In this document: one piece after another, positions 39,196-49,127 of the stretch
Layout of the letters: every line of letters begins with the position of its first letter
How positions within the stretch are numbered: the stretch's first letter is position 1
Assembly (NCBI GenBank): GCA_001314545.1
Contig: LIHN01000019.1
Span: 128,150 to 192,149, forward strand
Origin: Bacteroidetes bacterium HLUCCA01
GTDB lineage: Bacteria > Bacteroidota > Rhodothermia > Balneolales > HLUCCA01
Reading direction: 5' to 3'
DNA length: 64,000 bases
Program-made: the position numbers and the translations under genes
The notes under the pieces: model-generated
What the model saw: the letters and a program-made list of their open reading frames with translations, nothing else
What the model was told of the DNA's origin: nothing
The model's database searches: none

Positions 39196-39710
39196 GCACG
39201 CCGAAACCCTATATGAATCCATATTTTGCCGGTTTTTTACTGGGATGTGTACTGCTGGGAGCCTTTTATATTTCAGGGCGTGGACTCGGTGCCAGTGGAG
39301 GAATGCGGGCCCTGGTTGTGGCCGGCGTTGAGACCGTAGCTCCAGCGCACGCTGAAAGCGCACCCTTTTATGTTGAGCAGCGTGCTGCAAATCCTGAAAG
39401 TCCGCTGCGGGGCTGGCTATTTTTCCACATGCTGGGTCTTCTGGCCGGCGCTTTTCTGTCGGGGGTTGTGGGTAACCGGGTCGATTTCAAACTGGAACGT
39501 GGTCCGAACATTACCGTGCGAAGTCGCATGATTTTTGTCGTGCTGGGCGGACTCCTGTTCGGGTTCGGTTCGCAGCTGGGAAGAGGATGTACCAGCGGAT
39601 CAGCCCTCAGCGGCATGGCATCCCTGTCGTTCGGCGGTATCATTACCATGCTGGCAATATTCGGCGGGGCCTACATCATGGCGTACTTTTTCAGAAAACT
39701 TTGGCTGTAA
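39192..39710 (+). CDS. YeeE/YedE-family sulfur-compound transporter component (first half)
   Basis: 172 aa, 4 TM. GRGLGASGG and the conserved-Cys loop GRGCTSGSALSGM. ATGA overlap with the cytochrome b gene. Confidence 0.8.
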   Translation: MSTPKPYMNPYFAGFLLGCVLLGAFYISGRGLGASGGMRALVVAGVETVAPAHAESAPFYVEQRAANPESPLRGWLFFHMLGLLAGAFLSGVVGNRVDFKLERGPNITVRSRMIFVVLGGLLFGFGSQLGRGCTSGSALSGMASLSFGGIITMLAIFGGAYIMAYFFRKLWL

Positions 39711-39722
39711 AGGAGACTAAGC

Positions 39723-40928
39723 ATGGCACCACTCGTACCATTTATGATAAGTCCTGAATTTGATCTGGTAATAGCCGTTTTACTGGGCGCCGGATTTGGA
39801 TTCGTTCTGGAACAGGCCGGTTTTTCATCCACACGAAAACTTGTAGGCTTGTTTTATGGCTATGACTTTACTGTTCTGAAAGTCTTTTTTACCGCCGGGG
39901 TTACGGCTATGACGGGGATTCTGGTACTCGGACATCTGGGTGCTTTGGACACGTCTGCTATCTATGTGAACCCCACCTTTTTATGGTCCGCCTTAATAGG
40001 CGGGCTGATTATGGGGGTCGGCTTTATCCTTGGGGGGTTCTGCCCGGGTACCAGCCTGTGCGCAGCGGCGGTCGGCCGCATTGACGCCATGCTGTTCATC
40101 GGTGGAGCGCTGGTTGGGATTTTGGGATTTACTGAGTTTTATGAGCAGCTGCGACCGCTTTACATGGCCGAAGCCATGGGAAATATTACCATGGCTTCAG
40201 TGCTCGGCATTCCTGCTCCGGTTTTCGGACTTTTACTTGCCATTGTAGCCATCGCAGCGTTCATCGGAACATCCTGGATTCAGAGCAACGTGCGCAGTGA
40301 GCCGTTCACCCTGAATCCGGTCCATAGAAAATACTACGTTCTGGCAGGTTTGACGCCCATACTATTATTATTGCTGGTGTGGATAACTCCCTCGCACCAA
40401 CAGCAGATACTTAATCATGTAGAAGCAAATTATACCGCTGAAAATCCGGGCAAACACCGCATGGTTACAGACCATCTGGCTTATGAACTCATGAACCACG
40501 CACATGATTACAATATCATCCACGTCCATGACTCAGACGCTTTGCCAGACACTCTGCGAAGCGGCGTTCCGGGAGCTACCTACGTTCACTACAGGGAGCT
40601 GCTGCAACCGCACTATATTCCCCTGTTGCGATCAAGGTATAAAAATCTCATATTCGTAGCAGACGACCCTGAACTGGCCCGAAAAGGTGCAACAATGGCA
40701 TTGCGTATCGGAGCCGAACACGCTTCCTGGCTGAATGTGGGTGTCAGCGAGTTCCGGCAATCCATCTTTGAAGTACCGGATCCCCGGCAGCTGACATCCA
40801 AGGCTGAGCGTGATCGTGAACGGTTCCGTGTAATGGCAGCACGTACCCTGCTGGAAATCGAAGACCGTCTTAAACATATGGCTCAACCTATCAAACGCGA
40901 ACCTGTTGAACCAAGCGGTGGTTGTTGA
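39723..40928 (+). CDS. YeeE/YedE-family transporter component (second half) fused to a cytoplasmic rhodanese-like domain
   Basis: N-terminal 4-5 TM with FSSTRKLVG and GGFCPGTSLCAAAVG. The C-terminal about 190 aa has a rhodanese-like layout (YNIIHVHD.., VPGATYVHY, NLIFVADDPELARKGA) with Asp where the catalytic Cys is expected. It ends ..PSGGC. Confidence 0.7.
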   Translation: MAPLVPFMISPEFDLVIAVLLGAGFGFVLEQAGFSSTRKLVGLFYGYDFTVLKVFFTAGVTAMTGILVLGHLGALDTSAIYVNPTFLWSALIGGLIMGVGFILGGFCPGTSLCAAAVGRIDAMLFIGGALVGILGFTEFYEQLRPLYMAEAMGNITMASVLGIPAPVFGLLLAIVAIAAFIGTSWIQSNVRSEPFTLNPVHRKYYVLAGLTPILLLLLVWITPSHQQQILNHVEANYTAENPGKHRMVTDHLAYELMNHAHDYNIIHVHDSDALPDTLRSGVPGATYVHYRELLQPHYIPLLRSRYKNLIFVADDPELARKGATMALRIGAEHASWLNVGVSEFRQSIFEVPDPRQLTSKAERDRERFRVMAARTLLEIEDRLKHMAQPIKREPVEPSGGC

Positions 40929-41034
40929 CGCTGCCACTCGTAAAACCATGTAAGAGCATGGATTTCGGGCAATTCTTTTACCCGACTGTACGTTATACTA
41001 TCATTAACAAATACCAACAGAAAATCAGATTATA

Positions 41035-41514
41035 ATGAACAAACAACTTAGCGCTATAGCCCTTGACGTAGAAGACTCCAGGAAACTGGCTGAGAAATTA
41101 AACCTGCTGCTTGCTGACTACCATGTATTCTACATGAATGTCCGCGGCTTCCACTGGAATGTAAAGGGACACAAATTTTTTGAACTGCACATGAAGTTCG
41201 AGGAGCTTTACACCGACATGGCCACCAAAATTGATGAAATTGCAGAACGAATTCTGACGTTGGGTCATACTCCGCTGCATTCCTTTCAGGACATGCTTGA
41301 TAATTCTGATGTAAAACCAACCCGGGATGTGACCAACGGTTTTGACTGTGTAGATCACATACTCAACTCATTCAGAATTATTCTGGTTGCTCAGCGGGAG
41401 CTGCTGGATCTTTCTGGTGATGCAGGAGACGAAGGAACCAATTCGCTGATGAGTGACTATATCACCGAACAGGAAAAATTAGTCTGGATGTACACAGCTT
41501 ACATGAGCAAGTAA
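41035..41514 (+). CDS. dps: Dps-family DNA-protection/ferritin-like protein
   Basis: 159 aa. LLADYHVFYMNVRGFHWNVKG..F.ELH..FEELY and DEIAERI are ferroxidase-site motifs. Confidence 0.92.
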   Translation: MNKQLSAIALDVEDSRKLAEKLNLLLADYHVFYMNVRGFHWNVKGHKFFELHMKFEELYTDMATKIDEIAERILTLGHTPLHSFQDMLDNSDVKPTRDVTNGFDCVDHILNSFRIILVAQRELLDLSGDAGDEGTNSLMSDYITEQEKLVWMYTAYMSK

Positions 41515-41542
41515 CAACCTGCATGTACAGGAATTCTACCAA

Positions 41543-41577
41543 AGCGGTAACTGCAAGCAGTTATCGCTTTTTTTTTG
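41543..41577 (+). terminator. Rho-independent terminator of dps
   Basis: AGCGGTAACTGC / GCAGTTATCGCT stem (one G-T pair) followed by a T-run of nine or more. Confidence 0.8.
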
Positions 41578-41781
41578 CCCATTTTGCACCTGATCCACGG
41601 CCCGGCATTCGGGCAGCAACTTTACCATAACTGTCTTAAAAAAATAGGGTAACAATCGTATTATTGCTCCGGTAAGAGTGTAGTACCTGAAACCTCACTG
41701 TGATGCAACTGCGTCGGACAGATTTTACCAAATCACTTAGACGTACGGCAGCATCGCCTAACATCAGTACCCCTGAACATT

Positions 41782-42297
41782 ATGGTAATTGAACTGGACT
41801 GGGAAAAGTCACTGCTATCCAACAAATTCACGTTCATTATTAAGAATGAAAACGTCGGATCGTACCGTTACGGGTTATTCAAAGACAATGCCGAGGGGGA
41901 ATTGCTGAACAGGTCGCTGCGATTTCGTCAAAATGGTATCCTGCGTAAACACACCCGAATTATAAACCCTGATAACGATGAGATTATCGGCATCATCAAA
42001 TTACGTCCCGGTCTGTTCAAAAATAAGGCCGATATCACCCTTGACGGCGAACATTACAGCTGGAGCAGCAAATCTACCTGGTCGAGTAAATGGGAACTAC
42101 GCGACGAAAGCAGCGTTCGTGTAGCCGGAAACAACAACAGCCTTCGTGGAAAATTTCAGGTAACCCAGCCGAATGTGCCGCTTATTTTATCAGCCATGTA
42201 CATATCGCGCAATTTCAAAGACAGTAACCGCTTCTTTACGCTGTTGTTTGTCTTACCCCCTGTTCTGCAGTACCTATTCAGATTGACCGGTGGATAA
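41782..42297 (+). CDS. Hypothetical protein with hydrophobic C-terminal tail
   Basis: 171-aa ORF in a visibly more AT-rich stretch. I recognise no motif. C-terminal FFTLLFVLPPVLQYLF could be a membrane anchor. Confidence 0.45.
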   Translation: MVIELDWEKSLLSNKFTFIIKNENVGSYRYGLFKDNAEGELLNRSLRFRQNGILRKHTRIINPDNDEIIGIIKLRPGLFKNKADITLDGEHYSWSSKSTWSSKWELRDESSVRVAGNNNSLRGKFQVTQPNVPLILSAMYISRNFKDSNRFFTLLFVLPPVLQYLFRLTGG

Positions 42298-42393
42298 ACT
42301 ATCCCAGACCGGGTGATAAATGGGGTTTTTTCAAGCTCAAAAAATGAAATTGGCGTATATTTAGGTGCGTTAGCAACTAAACCACCATATTTC

Positions 42394-43032
42394 ATGATCA
42401 AGAAAACATCCCTGTTACTGCTACTTTCACTGGTACTCTCCACTGCGTTGACCACATCCTGCTCACTGGATAGTACCTGCGAATTTGACGACCGTTTCAT
42501 TACTACCGATTTCGTAGCCGTAGAAAGCCGGATTCTTTTTATCGAGGGTTTTGACCAACCTCAGTTTAGTCGATACAACGGCGGAAGCATACTCTACAAC
42601 GAATACGCCGTTACGCTGCTGCCGATTCCGGAGACCTTTAAAAGTGACGATCCGCAGCAAAACATTTCAGCAGGAATTACATCAGCGAACGCCTGCACGC
42701 CCATCCCTCCCATTTCTGAAGAACCCATTACCAACATCGTTATCACATCCGACCAGGATTTCAACAGCAACTATCCGGCCGGCACCGATTTAAAACCCCT
42801 GTTTGATACGTATGTAGCATATTTTGCCGAAGGGTACTTCCGTCAGAGCCTTACCGATTACCTGCAGGTCAGTCCGCGGGTTGCCGACCAAACCACTTTT
42901 TTCCTGAACACCCCGCCATCACGAAATGGGGATTTCACTTTTACAATCCGCTACATCCTGGATGGTCAGGAGCTGGATGTCTATGAATATACTACCGGCA
43001 CCGTGGAAATTATCCGACCCTTTCAGAATTGA
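42394..43032 (+). CDS. Hypothetical lipoprotein
   Basis: Internal start gives MIKKTSLLLLLSLVLSTALTTSC (signal plus lipobox Cys). No recognised catalytic motif. The maximal ORF begins at 42313. Confidence 0.55.
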   Translation: MIKKTSLLLLLSLVLSTALTTSCSLDSTCEFDDRFITTDFVAVESRILFIEGFDQPQFSRYNGGSILYNEYAVTLLPIPETFKSDDPQQNISAGITSANACTPIPPISEEPITNIVITSDQDFNSNYPAGTDLKPLFDTYVAYFAEGYFRQSLTDYLQVSPRVADQTTFFLNTPPSRNGDFTFTIRYILDGQELDVYEYTTGTVEIIRPFQN

Positions 43033-43886
43033 GGTCGGGCCAGGATGATGCCTTTAACATTCCCCCGGTCGCGGGTGTACTCGTAAATGGTTTTTTCGTC
43101 CTTTTTTACCGAACCCGTTGTTGATGCATGCCAGAACCCGGCTCGATTTCCTTCCCTGTTGACGATGGCTGTATGCGAGATGTCAAGACCGCCTATGGTT
43201 GTGACAAAAGACAGAATATCACCGGTTTGCATCTGCGATTCAAATTCCGGAATGCGATCCTGGGGGATATAACGCAGGGTATTTCCACGGTTCAGTTCGG
43301 TCTCACGTTCAATCATTAAGGCATACAGTGAGTCGTTTTCAGCCAGCTGCCAGTACGCCTCCCGGTTATCCGACATAAAATGTACCTGCTGCAGTACCGG
43401 CAGATCATCACGTTGAAACAGCAGCTCAATTCTTCCGGAATCAGCATTGGTCTGCAGCCAGTCAGAAAAGTAGTGCAGCCGGCTGGCATAGCCGTCAATA
43501 ACACCGTCTCCATACCGGAACAGGGCAAGGTTACCTTCAAAGGCATCATAACGGGCAGTGCCCTGCATGGTAGTCATCGCCATGGCAACAGCATGCTCTA
43601 CAAACAAGACGCAGTCTGAACCCTGCAGGGTAACGACCAGGGTTTCAACTCCCGGCTCATCCAGTAATCCCGCTACGTAGGCTATGCCCAGCTGTTTTTC
43701 GGAGTAAAACCGAATCAGTTCACGGGTAATCTGATCGCCCGAAACACCCTCGCCGCGCAGATTATCTGCCAGCGCTGCCCCGGTAGACAGCCAATCGGAA
43801 ATGGTATCACGATCAGAGGCTGCTGCCGGATAAAATTGCAGGAAAAGCAGTACAGGAAAAAGAAAAAATCGGTTGCTGAATTTCAT
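43023..43886 (-). CDS. DUF1460 / N-acetylmuramoyl-L-alanine amidase-like domain protein (exported)
   Basis: Signal peptide. DCVLFVEHAVAMAM and SRLHYFSDWLQ strings match my recollection of DUF1460. Confidence 0.65.
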   Translation of the reverse strand: MKFSNRFFLFPVLLFLQFYPAAASDRDTISDWLSTGAALADNLRGEGVSGDQITRELIRFYSEKQLGIAYVAGLLDEPGVETLVVTLQGSDCVLFVEHAVAMAMTTMQGTARYDAFEGNLALFRYGDGVIDGYASRLHYFSDWLQTNADSGRIELLFQRDDLPVLQQVHFMSDNREAYWQLAENDSLYALMIERETELNRGNTLRYIPQDRIPEFESQMQTGDILSFVTTIGGLDISHTAIVNREGNRAGFWHASTTGSVKKDEKTIYEYTRDRGNVKGIILARPQF

Positions 43887-44098
43887 GGGTAAAACATTGG
43901 GCGCAGTTAGTATATTCCTTGCGTAAATTAGTGAATGTTATACTGGTATTGAAGCGTAACTGACAATGTGATTTAAAGAAAAAAACTCGGTAAAAAAGGG
44001 CTTTTTCTGACAAAAATCATAGGTTATGACGGCGTTTTTCGCTAATTTTAGTTCATCCTAAACTGTTCCCCCTACACCTATTTCCGGAGGTTGTCGTC

Positions 44099-44974
44099 AT
44101 GAAAAAACTTTCCATCCTCGTACCCACGGACTTTTCCGAAATCAGCCTTAAGGCCCTCCGTGTTGCCGAAGCGTTTGCTAAGCTTGTAGGCGGAAAGGTA
44201 TTCCCGATTTATTCTTTTGAAAAAGTGCGTTATGAACGTTCTGATGCATCCGTTGATACAGCCCGTGAAGATCTCAGGGAACTGGTGTGCTCTCGCGTTG
44301 ACCCGAAATTTCTGGGTGATTGTATAGTCAGCGACCTCAAACCGGTAGACGCTATTGTCGAACTTTCTAAAAATTACGACCTGGTGGTGATGTCCAGCCA
44401 CGGCAGAACCGGGATCAGCAAGCTTATGCTGGGTTCTGTAACTGAAAAGGTCATTCGCCTGAGCACCCCTCCCGTGTTGGTTGTAAAAAACGAAGACCGA
44501 CTGTTCCCTATCCAAAAAATTCTTGTTACCACGGATTTCTCGCAAAATGCGAAGAATTCCTTCGGTTTCTCCGCAAAATTGGCTGAACTGACCGGGGCTT
44601 CCATTCATCTGCTCTACGCGGTGACCTACCACAATACCGAGCCTGCAACACACCTTGAAGCCTACGTACGTACAAAGGAGAAGAAGTTCAGAGAGTATAT
44701 CAATCTATTCTTTCCCAACGTTGCCGATAAGGTTACCTATGAGGCCACCCTTACAAAACGCTCGGCCCACGAGTTTATAACCCGCCATATCAGTGAACAT
44801 AAATACAATCTGGTGACCATGGCTACACTGGGCAGAACCGGGCTGGACTACCTTAAAATGGGCTCAACCACCGGTACGGTTATCCGCAATATTGACACGA
44901 ACGTTATCATCACCAACCAGGTAACCGGTTCAGACTGGAACGAAGTTGTAGATGATACGGTGTCTGAAGACTAG
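44099..44974 (+). CDS. Universal stress protein, tandem UspA domains
   Basis: Two Usp units (ILVPTDFSE..VVMSSHGRTGISKLMLGSVTEKV and ILVTTDFSQ..LVTMATLGRTGLDYLKMGSTTGTV). Confidence 0.9.
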   Translation: MKKLSILVPTDFSEISLKALRVAEAFAKLVGGKVFPIYSFEKVRYERSDASVDTAREDLRELVCSRVDPKFLGDCIVSDLKPVDAIVELSKNYDLVVMSSHGRTGISKLMLGSVTEKVIRLSTPPVLVVKNEDRLFPIQKILVTTDFSQNAKNSFGFSAKLAELTGASIHLLYAVTYHNTEPATHLEAYVRTKEKKFREYINLFFPNVADKVTYEATLTKRSAHEFITRHISEHKYNLVTMATLGRTGLDYLKMGSTTGTVIRNIDTNVIITNQVTGSDWNEVVDDTVSED

Positions 44975-44998
44975 TACGATATCAAACCTAATCAAAAA

Positions 44999-45033
44999 GG
45001 GACGATGCCACTACGGTTTCGTCCCTTTTTTTT
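44999..45033. terminator. Bidirectional rho-independent terminator (usp / serS)
   Basis: GGGACGA (44999..45005) pairs with TCGTCCC (45019..45025). Eight T downstream and five A upstream. Confidence 0.75.
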
Positions 45034-45061
45034 GCATATCAACGCCCCCGATGCGGGCCTT

Positions 45062-46333
45062 TTACAGGTACTCAGCACCCCCCAGATAGGGCTTGAGGAC
45101 CGTGGGAACCCGAACCCTGCCTGATTCCTCCTGGTAGGTTTCAATAAGTGCCGAGACAATGCGTGGCAAGGCCAGCCCGGAACCATTCAGAGTATGTAAA
45201 ATCTGCGGCTTGCCATGTTCATCACGGTATCGAACCATCATCCGTCGTGCCTGAAATCCCTCAAAATTTGAGCAGGAGCTCACTTCAAGCCAACGTTGTT
45301 GTCCCGGACTCCAGACTTCAAGGTCATACTTTTTAGACTGCGTAAACCCCATATCGCCCGTACACATCAGCAGCGTGCGATACGGAAGCTCCAGAGCCTG
45401 CAACAGCAATTCGGCGTCTTCGCGCAGGCTTTCGAGCTCATCGTAAGACGTATCCGGATGCACAAATTTGACCAGTTCAACCTTATCAAACTGATGCAGC
45501 CGGTTTAAACCACGAACATCCTTACCGTACGAACCGGCTTCGCGTCGCCAGCAGGGTGTATACCCGCAATATTTGACCGGAAGCGATTGCAGCTCCAGGA
45601 TTTCATCACGATGGAAGTTTGTTACGGGTACCTCAGCCGTTGGGATGGCAAAGAAACCATCGCGCGGAACCGTGTACATCATATCTTCCTTGTCCGGTAT
45701 CTGACCCGTGCCACGGGCTGAAACCTCATTCACAAAGTAGGGAGCCTGAATTTCAGTATATCCACGCTCAGCGGCCGTGTTCAGGAAGAAATTGATCAAC
45801 GCCCGCTGCAGTCGCGCACCTGACCCCAGATAAAAGGGGAAACCTGCACCCGATACCTTGACGCCTCGCTCAAAATCAATCCACTGATGCGTTTTGGCCA
45901 GTTCCCAGTGCGGTTTTCGCCACTGCTCCTGCACGGGTTCACCCCAGGTTGCATAAATGACATTGTCCTCGTCGGTGTGACCAACCGGAACAGAGGTGTG
46001 CGGTACATTGGGAATCCGATACAGCAGGTCGGTGCGTTCTGCAGCCAACGCTGCCAGTTCTTCTTCCAGCTGATTGATCTGCTCCTTGGAGGTAGCTGTT
46101 TCGGCCATGATGGCCTGAGCTTCCTCCTTACGACCCTGCCCCATCAGTTTGCCGATTTCCTTTGATCGGGCATTGGATGTACTGCGAAGGGTATCAATTT
46201 CATGTACCTTTGTACGCCAGTGCTCATCAACCTCCAAAACACGGTCAACCAATGCGGTATTGGCCTCACCCTTGTTCTGCATGCCCGTCTTGACCAGGTC
46301 CGCGTTGGCTCGAATGTATGCTATATCTAACAT
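45062..46333 (-). CDS. serS: Seryl-tRNA synthetase
   Basis: 423 aa. N-terminal coiled-coil arm and class II core motifs (..FRDEI.., GYTPCWRREAGSYGKDVRGL.R.HQF.KVE, TLNGSGLALPR). Confidence 0.97.
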   Translation of the reverse strand: MLDIAYIRANADLVKTGMQNKGEANTALVDRVLEVDEHWRTKVHEIDTLRSTSNARSKEIGKLMGQGRKEEAQAIMAETATSKEQINQLEEELAALAAERTDLLYRIPNVPHTSVPVGHTDEDNVIYATWGEPVQEQWRKPHWELAKTHQWIDFERGVKVSGAGFPFYLGSGARLQRALINFFLNTAAERGYTEIQAPYFVNEVSARGTGQIPDKEDMMYTVPRDGFFAIPTAEVPVTNFHRDEILELQSLPVKYCGYTPCWRREAGSYGKDVRGLNRLHQFDKVELVKFVHPDTSYDELESLREDAELLLQALELPYRTLLMCTGDMGFTQSKKYDLEVWSPGQQRWLEVSSCSNFEGFQARRMMVRYRDEHGKPQILHTLNGSGLALPRIVSALIETYQEESGRVRVPTVLKPYLGGAEYL

Positions 46334-46402
46334 AAAAAGTTTAGTTAAAGATGTTCAGTAATCCAGAGATACCAGCTAACCAATATCTCCGTTGCACCCG
46401 CG

Positions 46403-49051
46403 TCACGGTTTCACCACAAAATTCACAATCTTCAGCGGAACAAATATTTCCTTGACCAGGTTGCCCTCAGCCAGATAGCGGGCAATTAAAGGTTCCTTTT
46501 TAGCCAGTTCCAGTACCGTAGTTTTATCGGATGCCTGCGTTGCCGGAAGCTCCAGCGTGGCCCGGACCTTTCCGTTAACCTGTATAGCATAGGTAAAGGA
46601 ATCTGCCACCAGGTACTCCCCGTTATGCGCCGGCCAGTGCTCTGCAGCAATGGTCTGTGCATTTCCGAGCCTGCTCCAAAGCTCTTCGGCAATGTGTGGG
46701 GCAAAAGGCGATAGCAGCACCAGAAAAGTTTGCATCACCTCCAGCGGTTTTTTGTCCCACTTCATGGCCTCGTTATTGAAAATCATGAGCTGGGAAATGG
46801 CCGTATTATACCTTCCGCCTTCAATGTCTTCGGTTACCTTTTTAATGGTTTCATGAAGCACCTTGAGCTGCTCACGCGAGGGTTCAGCCTGGTGCAGATC
46901 CTCGTTTAAAGTCCCGCTTCGGTCATCTACAAATACCCTCCACACCCGCTTGAGAAAGCGATAGACACCCTCCACACCGCGCATACTCCAGGGTTTAACC
47001 TGCTCCAGCGGTCCCATAAACATTTCGTACAGGCGCAGTGCGTCGGCCCCGTATTCTTTGATGACATCATCGGGATTAATCACGTTACCACGCGATTTGG
47101 ACATTTTGTATGAACGGGCTTCAATAGCCAGTTCCCCGTCATGGCCACTCAGACCATGCAACGACGCTGCCTCCGCTTTCAGAACAAAACCGGTCGCCGT
47201 TTTCTCGATGTCTTCATCGGTAAGTTTGATGCGGGTGAGTTCACCATCATAGCGTTCTGCCTGTTCGGGAGACAAGTACCCGCCGTTTTCATCCAGAAAG
47301 AGTGTGTATTCCATCTCTCCGAGGATCATTCCCTGGTTTACAAGCCGTTGAAACGGCTCTTTGGTCGATACCACACCCAAATCGAAGAGTACCTTATGCC
47401 AGAATCGGGCGTACAGCAGGTGCAGCACCGCATGCTCTGCCCCGCCAACGTACATATCAACGGGCATCCAGTATTTTTCTTTTTCCGGATCAACCGGACC
47501 CAGTTCGTAGTCGGGTGAGATATAGCGCAGGTAATACCAGCATGAACCCGCCCACTGAGGCATGGTATTGGTCTCCCTCCGGGCTGGTTTGCCGGTCTGC
47601 GGATCGGTGGTGTTCACCCAGCTTTCAATGAGCGATAACGGCGATTCCCCTGTACCACTAGGCTCATATTTTTCAACTTCCGGAAGCTCCAGGGGAAGTG
47701 AGGCTTCATCGAGAGGTTTGGGCTGACCGTCTACATGGATGACCGGTATGGGTTCTCCCCAGTAGCGTTGCCGGCTGAAAAGCCAGTCGCGCAGCTTATA
47801 GTTTATGGTTCCCTGGCCTTTGCCGTGCGATTCCAGCCACTGTATAATCTGTTTCTTGGCGTCCGGTACACGCAGGCCATCCAGTGTAATTCCGGTAGCA
47901 GACGAATTGGTCAGCACTCCGTCCTGATTGTCGGTATAGGCGGCCTGTTCAACATCACCACCGGCCACAACTTCAACAATAGGCAGACCGAAGGCCCTGG
48001 CAAACTCCCAGTCCCGTTCATCATGGCCGGGAACAGCCATTATTGCACCGGTACCGTAGCTTATGAGTACGTAATCAGCCACCCAGACCGGTATACGGGC
48101 ATCGTTGACCGGATTAATGGCATAACCTCCGGTGAAAATCCCGGTTTTTTTCTTCCGGGTATCCGTTCGGTCGAGGTCGCTTTTGAGCGAGGCCTCATTT
48201 CGGTAGGCCTGCACGTCTTCACGTTGTTCCGGAGTGGTTATAACGTCAACAAGCGGATGCTCCGGTGCGAGTACCATGTAGGTTGCTCCCCAAAGCGTGT
48301 CGGGTCGAGTGGTAAACACTTCAATAATTTCATCATGCCCGTCAACCTGAAACTGAACATCGGCTCCTACCGACTTCCCTATCCAATTTCGCTGCATCTC
48401 CTTGACGGAATCCGGCCAGTCAAGCTCATCCAGGTCGTTGAGAAGTCGTTCAGCATAGGCTGTGATCTTCAGCATCCACTGCCGCATGGGTTTACGGATG
48501 ACCGGAAAACCGCCCACCTCGCTCTTCCCGTCAATAACCTCCTCGTTGGCAAGTACGGTACCCAGGGCAGGACACCAGTTCACCGGCACACTGGCTTCAT
48601 AGGCCAGTCCTTGTTTGTAGAGCTGCAGGAAAATCCACTGTGTCCAGCGGAAGTAGGCCGGATCGGTAGTATCAACCTCGCGATCCCAGTCGTAGCTGAA
48701 ACCAATAGCCTGCAGCTGACGCCGGAACTGGGCAATGTTATAGCGGGTGGTTTCACGGGGATGGGTGCCTGTTTTTACTGCATACTGCTCTGCCGGCAAT
48801 CCAAACGCGTCCCAGCCCATGGGATGCAGCACGTTAAAGCCCTTCATCCGCTTGTAGCGGGCCAGGATATCGGTGGCCGTATACCCCTCGGGATGTCCTA
48901 CATGCAGCCCGGCGCTGGACGGATACGGGAACATATCAAGCACGTAAAATTTCGGCCTGGTGCGGTCGGTATCGTCCGTTTTAAAGGTTTTGTTTTCCAG
49001 CCAGAACGACTGCCATTTGGGTTCAATTTGCGACGGGTTGTACTCGCTCAT
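46403..49051 (-). CDS. leuS: Leucyl-tRNA synthetase
   Basis: 882 aa. HIGH motif ([10 protein letters not shown]), KMSKS motif (YKMSKSRGN) and a CP1 editing region. Confidence 0.97.
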   Translation of the reverse strand: MSEYNPSQIEPKWQSFWLENKTFKTDDTDRTRPKFYVLDMFPYPSSAGLHVGHPEGYTATDILARYKRMKGFNVLHPMGWDAFGLPAEQYAVKTGTHPRETTRYNIAQFRRQLQAIGFSYDWDREVDTTDPAYFRWTQWIFLQLYKQGLAYEASVPVNWCPALGTVLANEEVIDGKSEVGGFPVIRKPMRQWMLKITAYAERLLNDLDELDWPDSVKEMQRNWIGKSVGADVQFQVDGHDEIIEVFTTRPDTLWGATYMVLAPEHPLVDVITTPEQREDVQAYRNEASLKSDLDRTDTRKKKTGIFTGGYAINPVNDARIPVWVADYVLISYGTGAIMAVPGHDERDWEFARAFGLPIVEVVAGGDVEQAAYTDNQDGVLTNSSATGITLDGLRVPDAKKQIIQWLESHGKGQGTINYKLRDWLFSRQRYWGEPIPVIHVDGQPKPLDEASLPLELPEVEKYEPSGTGESPLSLIESWVNTTDPQTGKPARRETNTMPQWAGSCWYYLRYISPDYELGPVDPEKEKYWMPVDMYVGGAEHAVLHLLYARFWHKVLFDLGVVSTKEPFQRLVNQGMILGEMEYTLFLDENGGYLSPEQAERYDGELTRIKLTDEDIEKTATGFVLKAEAASLHGLSGHDGELAIEARSYKMSKSRGNVINPDDVIKEYGADALRLYEMFMGPLEQVKPWSMRGVEGVYRFLKRVWRVFVDDRSGTLNEDLHQAEPSREQLKVLHETIKKVTEDIEGGRYNTAISQLMIFNNEAMKWDKKPLEVMQTFLVLLSPFAPHIAEELWSRLGNAQTIAAEHWPAHNGEYLVADSFTYAIQVNGKVRATLELPATQASDKTTVLELAKKEPLIARYLAEGNLVKEIFVPLKIVNFVVKP

Positions 49052-49127
49052 ACAGATCTGTGCGTAAAATTCTTGTTTAGCCTGATAAGATAAGGAAATT
49101 GCGCTTTCGATGGAGGACGTATTGCAG

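Noticed and set aside
41703-41792. 29-codon upstream ORF overlapping the start of the 171-aa hypothetical gene
   Set aside because: It is too short and unsupported to annotate as a gene. It is mentioned only within the islet finding as something ribosome profiling could test.
47735-49093. 452-aa ORF antisense to leuS
   Set aside because: The opposite strand encodes a full-length LeuS with HIGH and KMSKS motifs. The antisense product has no motif and a biased composition.
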